Program-made: the position numbers and the translations under genes
The notes under the pieces: generated by a model
Seen by the model: only the letters and a program-made list of their open reading frames with translations
What the model was told of the DNA's origin: nothing
Databases searched by the model: none
Shown here: in pieces, positions 48,001-55,145 of the stretch
How the letters are laid out: the number at the start of each line of letters is the position of its first letter
How positions within the stretch are numbered: position 1 is the stretch's first letter
Assembly: GCA_035299385.1 (NCBI GenBank)
Contig: DATGWQ010000076.1
Coordinates: forward strand, 28,267-92,266
Source of the DNA: Bacteroidales bacterium
Lineage (GTDB): Bacteria; Bacteroidota; Bacteroidia; Bacteroidales; VadinHA17
DNA: 64,000 nt
Direction: 5' to 3'

Positions 48001-48137
48001 GCGGGTTTCAATGGCGCAGGAGTGATCGAACCCTGGCGGACAAATGGGTTATAATCCTGAGCTGACACAGCCAGGGACAGTGAAAGAAGAATGGCAGTAT
48101 GAAACAAGGAGCAGGGTCGCAACATATTATCGTTCAT
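45072..48137 (-). CDS. large adhesin-like protein with a gliding-motility-associated (CHU_C, T9SS type B) C-terminal domain
   Basis: C-terminus IPTLITPNSDGKNDFFILSGIE...LTIFDRRGTMVF...DDTYFFVL.... Five ~85-aa Ig-like repeats (TQP.C..PTG...SGLP..G.WTLTR.PG...). Confidence 0.9.
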   Translation of the reverse strand: MNDNMLRPCSLFHTAILLSLSLAVSAQDYNPFVRQGSITPAPLKPAESSGTGTISFETGNTGADTLKDFKLVINIVLSNGVPDNDIPLSALGGTAAPLFTWEYSARTFKGTQKDTIPGKYTGTIVIAYRVTQNSTQADPANGFRAEVKVGPYTSGNITSDDNTSAYTYTECAPVSPPDISSITQPDCNTPTGNISLSGLPSPGSWTLIRYPQQVTSTGSGTTATVTGLNPGKYYFTVTNSAGCVSGNSSDAVINDPPGSPAAPQPGTITQPDCQTPTGSAVINGLPSGTWTLTRSPGNVSVTGSSASTTITGLAPGSYTFRVTNSAGCTSPSSSAVVIDSAPTAPASPNVNINCLLGTGFAVVTVTNGRNGYEYQLDNGNFQSSNQFIGVANGNHVVTVRNSAGCTTTGNDFTVACGCVNGPSISLSTTTGTTCGTAAVTVTGNRFGGSATQLTITTDGGGSVSPATVTSSPFTFTYTPSASDIGQTINLTFTTNNPVGSPCVAATATYSLAVVAIPSAPVPGTVTQPTCTVSTGSVVISGLPSTGTWTLTRNPGNVSMSGSGQSVTIQNLAAGTYTFVVSSFGCVSPASSQVQINAQPPVPSPPVAGTIVQPTCTTATGSITISGLPATGSWTLTRYPGTVTTTGTGTSTTVTLPSGTYNFTVAGTGGCTSPLSSNMVINPQPVTPQPPVPGTITEPTCALPEGRVVLSGLPGGGWTITSIPAGVNISGSGGSATVRGLIPGTYSFIVRNSAGCSSSASAAVTIPAIPNAPSVVVVNPLPVCSPSTVNITAPSVTAGSSPGLTYTYWTNSAGTVELANPAAVPTSGIYYIRGTNQSQCSAIQPVTVSILDSPVADAGPDQDLQFQFSTVASALEPKPGETGQWKIISGTANFGQPASATTTISDLGVGINVFLWTVTNGVCPPATDTLKISVRDLVIPTLITPNSDGKNDFFILSGIEAFQNNQLTIFDRRGTMVFRDNNYNNDWDGVDQHNRPLDDDTYFFVLRTGDGRYRNGYIVIRR
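45834..47597 (-). repeat. region of five Ig-like coding repeats (2 + 3, separated by a unique segment) in the adhesin gene
   Basis: Counted from the translation (about aa 181-768). This explains the many long antisense ORFs in the track. Confidence 0.65.
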
Positions 48138-48259
48138 TCGCTTACCGGGAAGCTTACGCCCCGTCAGTCACATTTGACAGGACCAACAAAACATTCGATT
48201 AAAGCCATCATTCAGTGCCTTTTACCGGGCAAAAATGACTTCTGTGTAATAAATATTTC

Positions 48260-48327
48260 TAAAGATTACACTTATGTAATCGAAGGTTGTTATATATTGG
48301 ATTCAATCTGTTACATAATTCACACAT
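48260..48327 (-). promoter_or_regulatory. three-box promoter element, copy F
   Basis: Minus strand: ATGTGTGA (48327-48320), TGTAAC (48315-48310), TATAAC (48294-48289), then 21 nt to AATCTTTA (48267-48260). Sits between the truncated HMA-like ORF and the adhesin operon. Confidence 0.5.
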
Positions 48328-48368
48328 GCCTGGTTTTCAGGCATCTAGGAATACTTTTGGATTGTTTT

Positions 48369-48686
48369 TCACCCTGCATTCTGGAACTCTGTTTCCTGGA
48401 AAGCTCCTTCTTCAACATCCTCGGTTATTCCTTCGGCTGCCGCCTCAAAATCGGGGTGGTATAATGAATATCTTAATCCGTTTTCAGGTTTGTCAAACAT
48501 CAATTCAAGGCCGTATTTTCTCAGGCTCAATTCCACACTCTTTGCCTCGTTGGTTGAAAGAGTCGTCTGGAAATCAAGCTCACCGGCGATAAAAGAACTG
48601 AGTTTCAATCCAAGCTTCTTTATTTCCATCAGGACGAATTTCCTGGTACCCTGGCAAACCATGTTCTTTATATATATCTTCATCAT
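48369..48686 (-). CDS. stand-alone HMA-like domain protein: truncated paralog (possible remnant) of the HMA-AraC regulators
   Basis: MMKIYIKNMVCQGTRKFVLMEIKKLGL...GLELM aligns with the N-terminal ~66 aa of 53207/3113/58597. It then diverges and ends without an AraC HTH. The CxxC is degraded to CQGT. Confidence 0.5.
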   Translation of the reverse strand: MMKIYIKNMVCQGTRKFVLMEIKKLGLKLSSFIAGELDFQTTLSTNEAKSVELSLRKYGLELMFDKPENGLRYSLYHPDFEAAAEGITEDVEEGAFQETEFQNAG

Positions 48687-48783
48687 CCTCTATCTTTTAT
48701 TTGATGTTGTAATGTCAGTATATAAGGTTATCCCATCTGCGGCCGGCAAATCAATACATGGAAATATTTCAGGTTTGGGGAGG

Positions 48784-49407
48784 TCAGTATGATACGAAGC
48801 TTAGATTTACCATATTGTATTTCTTGGCTTCATTATACCTGCTCTCAACGATCTCCCAGTTGACAAGATTCCAGAAAGCATCGAGGTAATCGTTGCGCCT
48901 GTTATGATAGTCGAGGTAATAGCTGTGTTCCCATACATCGCATGCAAGAAGCGGGGTGAAGCCTTTCCTGAGCGGATTGCCTGCGTTATTTTCAGGCATT
49001 ATCTCGAGAGATCCCCTTGGATTCCAGCACAGCCAGATCCAGCCTGCGCCGAAAAGGGCGGAGGCTTTCCTGATAAATGCTTCCTTGAAATACTGTACTG
49101 AGCCAAAGCTTCCTGATAAAACCTTGGAGAAAGCTCCATGGAGATTGCTCCTGTCACCCGGGATCATACTTTCGAAGTAGAAATTATGATTCCAGACCTG
49201 CGATGCGTTATTGAAGACAGGCCCGTCGGTTACCTTTATGATGGTCTCGAGCTCTGTGTCTTCATATTTGGTCCCGCTGATCAGGTCATTGAGGTTATTC
49301 ACGTATGTAAGTTGAAGCTTATTATAGTGAATATCCATAGTAGTACCTGAAATATGGGGTTCAAGTGCATCCAGAGAGTATGGTAATTGTGGTAATACAA
49401 ACAACAT
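48784..49407 (-). CDS. Fe/Mn superoxide dismutase
   Basis: LPQLPYSLDALEPHIS..., NNASQVWNHNFYF, DVWEHSYYLDYHNRRNDYL; metal ligands His, His, Asp and His are all identifiable. Confidence 0.9.
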   Translation of the reverse strand: MLFVLPQLPYSLDALEPHISGTTMDIHYNKLQLTYVNNLNDLISGTKYEDTELETIIKVTDGPVFNNASQVWNHNFYFESMIPGDRSNLHGAFSKVLSGSFGSVQYFKEAFIRKASALFGAGWIWLCWNPRGSLEIMPENNAGNPLRKGFTPLLACDVWEHSYYLDYHNRRNDYLDAFWNLVNWEIVESRYNEAKKYNMVNLSFVSY

Positions 49408-49462
49408 TTCAACCTGATTTTATTCCCGATCAATTGATTCTTTTTTGCAGCAATTGACGGTT

Positions 49463-49530
49463 CAAAAATACAGCAGAGATGCCGGTGACCGATTAAGGCC
49501 GAATTAATTCTAAATTAAGTTTCAATGAAG
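49463..49530 (-). promoter_or_regulatory. 11-bp-phased TTAA array, copy V (upstream of sod)
   Basis: Minus strand: CTTCAT (49530), CTTAAT (49519), ATTAAT (49508), CTTAAT (49497), then 21 nt to TATTTTTG (49470-49463). Confidence 0.55.
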
Positions 49531-49544
49531 AACCAAAGTGCGCG

Positions 49545-50222
49545 TTATTCCTCAACATTGACGGAATAACCAAACCCTTTCTTGGTATGGATAAGCTTTT
49601 TATCGAATCCCTTGTCGATTTTCTTCCTGAGTGAATTAATATGGACATCGATAACGTTGGTACCTGAATTGAAGGAGAAGCCCCATATCTTTTCAGCAAT
49701 GAGAAATCTGTCATACACTTTTCCCTGGTTGCTGAGGAGAAGCTCAAGTATCTTGTATTCTGTTGCGGTGAGATTGATTTCCTTCCCGCTTCTTTTCACC
49801 CTTCTCGAAACCGAGTCAAGTTCCAGGTCGGCAATAGCCAGAACGGGGTTCACAATCGCATCCCTGTTGCGCCGGTTGAGCGCTTTTATCCTGGCAAGAA
49901 GCTCCTGGAAGCTGAACGGCTTCACAAGATAATCATCTGCGCCATATTCAAAACCCGTAAGCTTGTCTTCAACTGAATCGAGTGAAGTCAGCATTATTAT
50001 AGGTGTGAGGATCTTATTGTTCCTGATTTTTTTGCATAGTTCAAAGCCGGATATGCCCGGAATGACAACATCGAGAACGATAACGTCGTATTTTCGCGAA
50101 AGCGCCAGTTTCTCTCCGATTGTGCTGTCATAGGCTATATCAACGAAACATTCATTGCTCTCAAGCCCTATCTTCACGAATGAGGATATTTTTTGATCAT
50201 CTTCAACCAAGAGTACTTTCAT
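49545..50222 (-). CDS. OmpR/PhoB-type response regulator (REC plus winged-helix)
   Basis: MKVLLVEDDQKI..., DVVIPGISGFELC..., and a C-terminal trans_reg_C-like ...LTATEYKILELLL...GFGY. Confidence 0.9.
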   Translation of the reverse strand: MKVLLVEDDQKISSFVKIGLESNECFVDIAYDSTIGEKLALSRKYDVIVLDVVIPGISGFELCKKIRNNKILTPIIMLTSLDSVEDKLTGFEYGADDYLVKPFSFQELLARIKALNRRNRDAIVNPVLAIADLELDSVSRRVKRSGKEINLTATEYKILELLLSNQGKVYDRFLIAEKIWGFSFNSGTNVIDVHINSLRKKIDKGFDKKLIHTKKGFGYSVNVEE

Positions 50223-50506
50223 AAGCTAAATTTCAAAAACATCTCCCAAATGAAACTGTAAAATAACAAATTTTTCGGCAGATTCTTAACAAATTTACAC
50301 CATTTTGGTCAATTTTGAACAATTCATGCGATTAATAAATTTTTGATCCTGCTATTAATCAGGTAAATATACGGCAATGCATAAGAATCTGATAATTTAA
50401 CTTTCAGCAGCTCAGGTAAATTATTGGTGGCAATCCGGAAATTTTGTAACTTTACCCTTAATAGCTTAAAGGAAAGCCTCAGGAGACACTTCATACCACT
50501 CAGCAT

Positions 50507-50968
50507 ATGGGGAATAATGTGCATGATCCTATTGACATCCTGATTGTTGAGGATAATCCCGGAGATGCCAGGCTCATAAGGGAAGTGCTTAACAGCAATA
50601 AGGGATACACATCGCTTCACATCGTGAATGACGGGGTCGAAGCAATGGATTTCCTGAACAATGGAGGAAAATTCGAGAATGCACCGAGGCCTGATCTGAT
50701 AATCATAGACCTGAATCTTCCCAGGAAAGATGGAAGGGAAGTTCTGGCTGAAATCAAGTCTGATCCTGACCTCCAGCACATCCCGGTTGTTGTGATGACA
50801 ATCTCGCAGGCTGAAGAAGATATCCATAATACCTATAAGCTCCATGCGAACTGCTATATTACAAAACCAATAGATCTTAACGAATTCATCAGGGTTATCA
50901 AATCAATTGAAGAATTCTGGTTCTCTGTTGTAAAGCTTCCTCCTAAAAGAGAGCTTAAAAAATGGTGA
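50507..50968 (+). CDS. single-domain response regulator (REC only)
   Basis: ILIVEDNPGDARLI..., PDLIIIDLNLPRKDG..., YITKP. Confidence 0.9.
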   Translation: MGNNVHDPIDILIVEDNPGDARLIREVLNSNKGYTSLHIVNDGVEAMDFLNNGGKFENAPRPDLIIIDLNLPRKDGREVLAEIKSDPDLQHIPVVVMTISQAEEDIHNTYKLHANCYITKPIDLNEFIRVIKSIEEFWFSVVKLPPKRELKKW

Positions 50969-52779
50969 TTAAAGCTGAACAAATGGCGATCACAACTCTG
51001 ACAAAAAACAAGGCAGAAGTTGAACAGGCTATAAGGATCCTCATGATTGAGGACAATCCCGGCGACCTGATTATTGTCCGCGAGCTGCTTAAAAGCTCTA
51101 AGACGGGGTTCTCTCTGTCAAACACCCCCACCCTCAGGGATGCCATTGCCCTGCTGAAAAACAATATATATGATGTAATCCTGCTTGACCTTGGTCTTCC
51201 TGAAAGCTCAGGCATAGAGACGCTAAAGGAATTCCTCAGCATAGAGGTCAGCCCTCCGGTTGTGGTTATGACAGGCCTTGATGACGAGGAAATGGCCATC
51301 GCTGCACTGCGTGAGGGAGCACAGGATTATCTCGTCAAAAACAGGCTTACCCCGGAAAATATCATAAAATCAATCCGGTACAGTATAGAAAGAAAAAAAC
51401 TCGAGAATCTCGAGAAGAAGAACAGCCGGCAGATGGCGATCCTTTCGTCGACTACATCTGCATTGTATGAGGGCGGCGAAATTTCACAGGTGTACACGCT
51501 CCTGTGCAGCAGCATAAGGAAACTTCTCGGAAATGCCTTCATAGCTGCTCTTGAGAAAACAGGCGATGATGCGTACAAGCTTAGCAATACTGAACAATTC
51601 ATCCCACTGGTCGAAAATCTGAAGCAACTGGGCGGAAATTACGAGTTCAGCCCGGATGAAATAAGTGCAACACTGGCCAGGATGCTCGGTGACGGGAAAA
51701 TCCACCATATTCCCGGCGGCGTTCCGGGACTAATGAAACAGGCAGACACTGCAGATTACAGGAAACTTGAATCAGAAGCGGGCATATCTCATGTTTACGC
51801 TATTGGCATCCTCAAGGATACTTTCCACTATGGCGGAATAATTATACTCTCAGGATCAGCACTTGAAGAAGGTGATAAAGGCTTTATCGAAAACATGTGC
51901 AGCCAGGCTTCACTAAGCATATACAGAAGTGTTATCCAGAAAAATCTTATCAGGAGTGAAGCACGATACCAGAGGCTTGCAGGTGAACTGGAGGAAATGG
52001 TAAAAGCGCGTACGGCAGAACTGGAACAAGCCAATATACAGCTCAGGAAAAGTGAAGCACAGCTCATGGAGCTCAATGCTACAAAAGACAAGTTCTTCAA
52101 TATTGTTGCCCATGACCTTAAAAACCCGTTTACAAGCCTTCTCGGCGCCACAGAACTGCTCTTCCACAATATCCAGAATATGGATACAGAGAAGATCAGA
52201 AAACTCGCCCAGATCCTGAATGATTCGGCAAAAAGCGGGTATGCCATTCTGCTCAACCTTCTCGACTGGTCAAGGTCACAAACCGGAACTATCAGGATCA
52301 ACCTCCAGAAGATAAATCTGAAGACCATCGTCGACGACAACATAGCCGATACGGCGCTCAGTTCCCTCGACAAGGATATTCTACTTGAATCGGATCTGAA
52401 AGAAGACATCCTCGTTATTGCCGACAGGAACATGATCAATACGGTCCTCAGGAATCTTCTCAGCAATGCCATCAAATTCACCAACAGGGGAGGCAAAATA
52501 AATGTCTGCTGCATAAAGACGGATTTCGAGGTACAGATTTCAGTAAGGGATAATGGTATCGGAATAGGAAAGGAAAATATAGACAAGCTCTTCAGAATCG
52601 ATTCAAAATACACCCGCCCTGGAACTGAAAAAGAAGGAGGAACCGGGCTCGGCCTGAAGCTCAGCAGGGAATTCGTCGAAAAGCTCGGAGGCAAAATCTG
52701 GGTGATCAGCAATGAAAATGAAGGTTCGGAATTCTTCTTTACTATCCCTTTTATCAGCAGCGAATTATCGTCCATTTGA
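50962..52779 (+). CDS. cytoplasmic hybrid sensor kinase: N-terminal REC, central sensory region, HisKA and HATPase_c
   Basis: ILMIEDNPGD...DVILLDLGLPESSG; H-box FFNIVAHDLKNPFTSL; N/G boxes LRNLLSNAIKFT, DNGIGI, GTGLGL. No TM segments seen. Confidence 0.9.
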   Translation: MVIKAEQMAITTLTKNKAEVEQAIRILMIEDNPGDLIIVRELLKSSKTGFSLSNTPTLRDAIALLKNNIYDVILLDLGLPESSGIETLKEFLSIEVSPPVVVMTGLDDEEMAIAALREGAQDYLVKNRLTPENIIKSIRYSIERKKLENLEKKNSRQMAILSSTTSALYEGGEISQVYTLLCSSIRKLLGNAFIAALEKTGDDAYKLSNTEQFIPLVENLKQLGGNYEFSPDEISATLARMLGDGKIHHIPGGVPGLMKQADTADYRKLESEAGISHVYAIGILKDTFHYGGIIILSGSALEEGDKGFIENMCSQASLSIYRSVIQKNLIRSEARYQRLAGELEEMVKARTAELEQANIQLRKSEAQLMELNATKDKFFNIVAHDLKNPFTSLLGATELLFHNIQNMDTEKIRKLAQILNDSAKSGYAILLNLLDWSRSQTGTIRINLQKINLKTIVDDNIADTALSSLDKDILLESDLKEDILVIADRNMINTVLRNLLSNAIKFTNRGGKINVCCIKTDFEVQISVRDNGIGIGKENIDKLFRIDSKYTRPGTEKEGGTGLGLKLSREFVEKLGGKIWVISNENEGSEFFFTIPFISSELSSI

Positions 52780-53091
52780 CAAACCCTTCCGGCATCTAAT
52801 CTTTACACACAAGTCAGTACATTATTGATTTGTAATTGTTTACACTTTGATTCTGGAATAATACTTTGATATCCATTAGTTTGATGGTACCAAGATGAAA
52901 GAAGCGGCGCGGCATTCTTTTCAAGAACACCTCCGGCCATCGCCATCCTGAGCGAATAAAAAGCCGAGCCTGCGAGGATTTTTGTAGCGAAGGATCCCTT
53001 CGGTAATGCAGGATATCATTCAATTCTGATACCATACCTGACCTCTAATATTGATTTTCGCCGGGTGTGAGTTCGTGCCACAATAAATTCT

Positions 53092-53159
53092 CTTAACCCT
53101 GCCTTTAGGTTGATTTAATTTAAAATTAATCACAGGCAAATCTTTTAGGCTTAAGTTAG
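53092..53159 (+). promoter_or_regulatory. 11-bp-phased TTAA array, copy W (upstream of AraC paralog 2; box 2 degenerate)
   Basis: CTTAAC 53092, CTTTAG 53103, TTTAAT 53114, ATTAAT 53125, then 21 nt to TAAGTTAG (53152-53159). Confidence 0.45.
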
Positions 53160-53206
53160 CTTCCTGAAAACAGCCCTCGCTGACCTTTGAAAGGAAATAT
53201 TTAAGG

Positions 53207-53773
53207 ATGATGAAGCTGTATATTAAAAATATGGTATGTGACCGTTGTAAACTGACGGTTAAAGCTGAAATTGAAAAACTCGGCCTTCATTATATATATG
53301 TTGACTATGGTGAAGCTGAAATCAGGGAAAGCCTTTCTGATGAAAAAATGGAAATGCTCAATGCCGGGCTGAAAAAATCAGGTCTTGAGCTGATGGACGA
53401 CAAAAAAAGCATGCTCATAGAAAAGATCAAGCTGCTGATAGTCGAGCTTGTGCATTACTCTGATGAACCGCTGAGGAAGAATCTTTCTGATTACCTGAGC
53501 GAAAAGCTGAATTACGATTACACATACCTGGCAAATCTCTTTTCGGAAGTACAGGGAACAACGATAGAGAAGTTCTTTATTATGCATAAGATCGAGAAAG
53601 TGAAAGAGCTTCTGGTTTATGATGAGCTTAACCTCAAGGAGATAGCATTCAAGCTTCATTACAGCAGCGTCGCCCACCTCTCGAGCCAATTCAAGAAACA
53701 AACCGGCTATACGCCTTCTCACTTCAAGCAGCTCAAGCAGAAAAAGCGCGTGCCGCTCGAATTTGTTCAATAA
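53207..53773 (+). CDS. AraC-family transcriptional regulator with HMA-like N-terminal domain (paralog 2, CxxC present)
   Basis: MMKLYIKNMVCDRCKLTVKAEIEKLGL... plus AraC HTH (LKEIAFKLHYSSVAHLSSQFKKQTGYTPSHF). Confidence 0.85.
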   Translation: MMKLYIKNMVCDRCKLTVKAEIEKLGLHYIYVDYGEAEIRESLSDEKMEMLNAGLKKSGLELMDDKKSMLIEKIKLLIVELVHYSDEPLRKNLSDYLSEKLNYDYTYLANLFSEVQGTTIEKFFIMHKIEKVKELLVYDELNLKEIAFKLHYSSVAHLSSQFKKQTGYTPSHFKQLKQKKRVPLEFVQ

Positions 53774-53799
53774 CGTTATGCGCTGTAACAGACAACGAT

Positions 53800-53869
53800 A
53801 AGTGTGAGAAAAATGTAATTTTTTATTTTTTTAATGTAACATTAAACACTGCCAGGAATCCAACCTTTG
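53800..53869 (+). promoter_or_regulatory. three-box promoter element, copy D
   Basis: AAGTGTGA (53800-53807), TGTAAT (53814-53819), TGTAAC (53835-53840), then 21 nt to AACCTTTG (53862-53869). About 25 nt after the stop of AraC paralog 2 and upstream of the small membrane protein cluster. Confidence 0.55.
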
Positions 53870-53908
53870 TATATTATTTGTTTAAGTAAAAAATTAAAAA
53901 TTACACAA

Positions 53909-54061
53909 ATGGGAAACTTGCTCTATGTAATAGCCGTAATTCTGGTCATAGCATGGCTGATCGGACTGGTTGGATTTCACGCTGGTGGTATTATCCACGT
54001 ACTACTTGTAATTGCAGTTATAGCAATTATTCTAAGACTTATTCAGGGAAGGGGTGTATAA
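53909..54061 (+). CDS. lmo0937-family small membrane protein
   Basis: MGNLLYVIAVILVIAWLIGLVGFHAGGIIHVLLVIAVIAIILRLIQGR. The track start at 53867 is TTG; the first ATG is 53909. Confidence 0.7.
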   Translation: MGNLLYVIAVILVIAWLIGLVGFHAGGIIHVLLVIAVIAIILRLIQGRGV

Positions 54062-54112
54062 GTTACCCCTGTGATTTTATTCTGATTTTTAACAATTAAA
54101 AAAATTAAAGCT

Positions 54113-54364
54113 ATGAGTTCAGGAAAAGTGTTATTGGGTGTGCTGACAGGTCTTGCAGCCGGAGCCATTCTAGGAATTCTGTTTGCTCCCGACAAAGGTT
54201 CGGAGACACGCAGGAAAATAGTTGAAAAAGGTGGCGATTATGCTGACGCAGTAAAGGAAACCTTTAACCAGGTTGTCGACAGCGTCAATGAGAAATTCGA
54301 TAAAGTCAGGGGCGATGTCGAATCAAAGGCCAGAACGGCAAAAAATGAATCGGCAATGATTTAA
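54113..54364 (+). CDS. YtxH-domain protein
   Basis: LLGVLTGLAAGAILGILFAPDKGSETRRKI is the YtxH signature. Confidence 0.8.
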   Translation: MSSGKVLLGVLTGLAAGAILGILFAPDKGSETRRKIVEKGGDYADAVKETFNQVVDSVNEKFDKVRGDVESKARTAKNESAMI

Positions 54365-54412
54365 ATTATAGCAAAACCGAATTCGGCAGTATCGCAAATA
54401 AAATGCAAGTCA

Positions 54413-54769
54413 ATGGAGGAGAAAAGTACTTTCGAAGCACTTCTTGAAAGAGTAGAAGATTATTCCAGAACCAGCATTGAGCTGCTGAGGCTGAAAGCAG
54501 TGGACAAGATATCAGATGGGGCGTCTTCGGCAGCATCCAAAACAGCTGGTCTGTTCTTCTTTTTGATGTTCTTCATACTGGCATCCGTGGGATTATCGCT
54601 TTGGCTTGGTGAGGTGTTGGGCAAGTCGTGGTATGGATTCTTTGCCCTGGCAGGGTTCTATGGCATTTTATGCGCGATACTGTTTTTTGTCAAACACAAC
54701 TGGCTCAAGAAAGTGGTCAGCAATAGTATAATCAAACAAATGCTTTCTGACAATGCAAAAAATAACTAA
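54413..54769 (+). CDS. holin-X-like ('phage holin family') small membrane protein
   Basis: Amphipathic N-terminus (FEALLERVEDYSRTSIELLRLKAVDK) followed by two TM segments. Confidence 0.6.
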   Translation: MEEKSTFEALLERVEDYSRTSIELLRLKAVDKISDGASSAASKTAGLFFFLMFFILASVGLSLWLGEVLGKSWYGFFALAGFYGILCAILFFVKHNWLKKVVSNSIIKQMLSDNAKNN

Positions 54770-55043
54770 TGCAGAAGAGCTCAGGGAAGCTATCGTCCGC
54801 CTGGAAGACAGGAAAAAAGCTGAGCAGGAATTGCTGAAAGCTGAGTTTCAGGTTACAAAGGAAAAGCTCAAACCTTCAAATGTTGTCAGAAACACATTCA
54901 GCCAGATCTTTACGGGCCCGAACCTTATAAGGACCGTCATGATAATAACCGTGGGGCTGACCGCTGGGTATATCACCAAGAAGTATTTCCAGGGTCTGAC
55001 GGGCCGGTTACTCAGACGTTTGCTCGGCAGGGTAATGTACTGA
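54753..55043 (+). CDS. hypothetical small protein (coiled N-terminus, one TM)
   Basis: 17-nt overlap with the upstream gene. The last gene before the terminator at 55069. Confidence 0.5.
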   Translation: MQKITNAEELREAIVRLEDRKKAEQELLKAEFQVTKEKLKPSNVVRNTFSQIFTGPNLIRTVMIITVGLTAGYITKKYFQGLTGRLLRRLLGRVMY

Positions 55044-55068
55044 CATACTCTACCCCGCTCAGTCGATG

Positions 55069-55109
55069 GCATTTTCGGAAATTTTTTTTCAGAAAATGCA
55101 TTTTTTTTT
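55069..55109 (+). terminator. rho-independent terminator
   Basis: GCATTTTC...GAAAATGC is an 8-bp stem, followed by a run of nine T. Confidence 0.6.
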
Positions 55110-55145
55110 CATGTACCACGACAATGAACCTGAAAGGAACACATT

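Noticed and set aside
45162-48054. Many long ORFs on both strands inside the adhesin gene (for example 45766..46227 +, 46156..46635 -, 45772..46131 -).
   Set aside because: They are artefacts of the repetitive, stop-poor T/S/G/P-rich coding sequence. Only the 1021-aa frame has a signal peptide, Ig-like repeats and a CHU_C sorting domain.
51828-52775. 315-aa antisense ORF opposite the histidine kinase, and the 173-aa ORF 50324..50845 opposite the REC gene.
   Set aside because: The translations are low-complexity and S/L-rich with no motifs. The sense-strand genes carry complete REC, HisKA and HATPase signatures.
52814-53035. 73-aa minus-strand ORF in the kinase/AraC gap.
   Set aside because: It has no start context, no family resemblance, and it overlaps the hairpin-dense GC-rich island. 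More likely non-coding.
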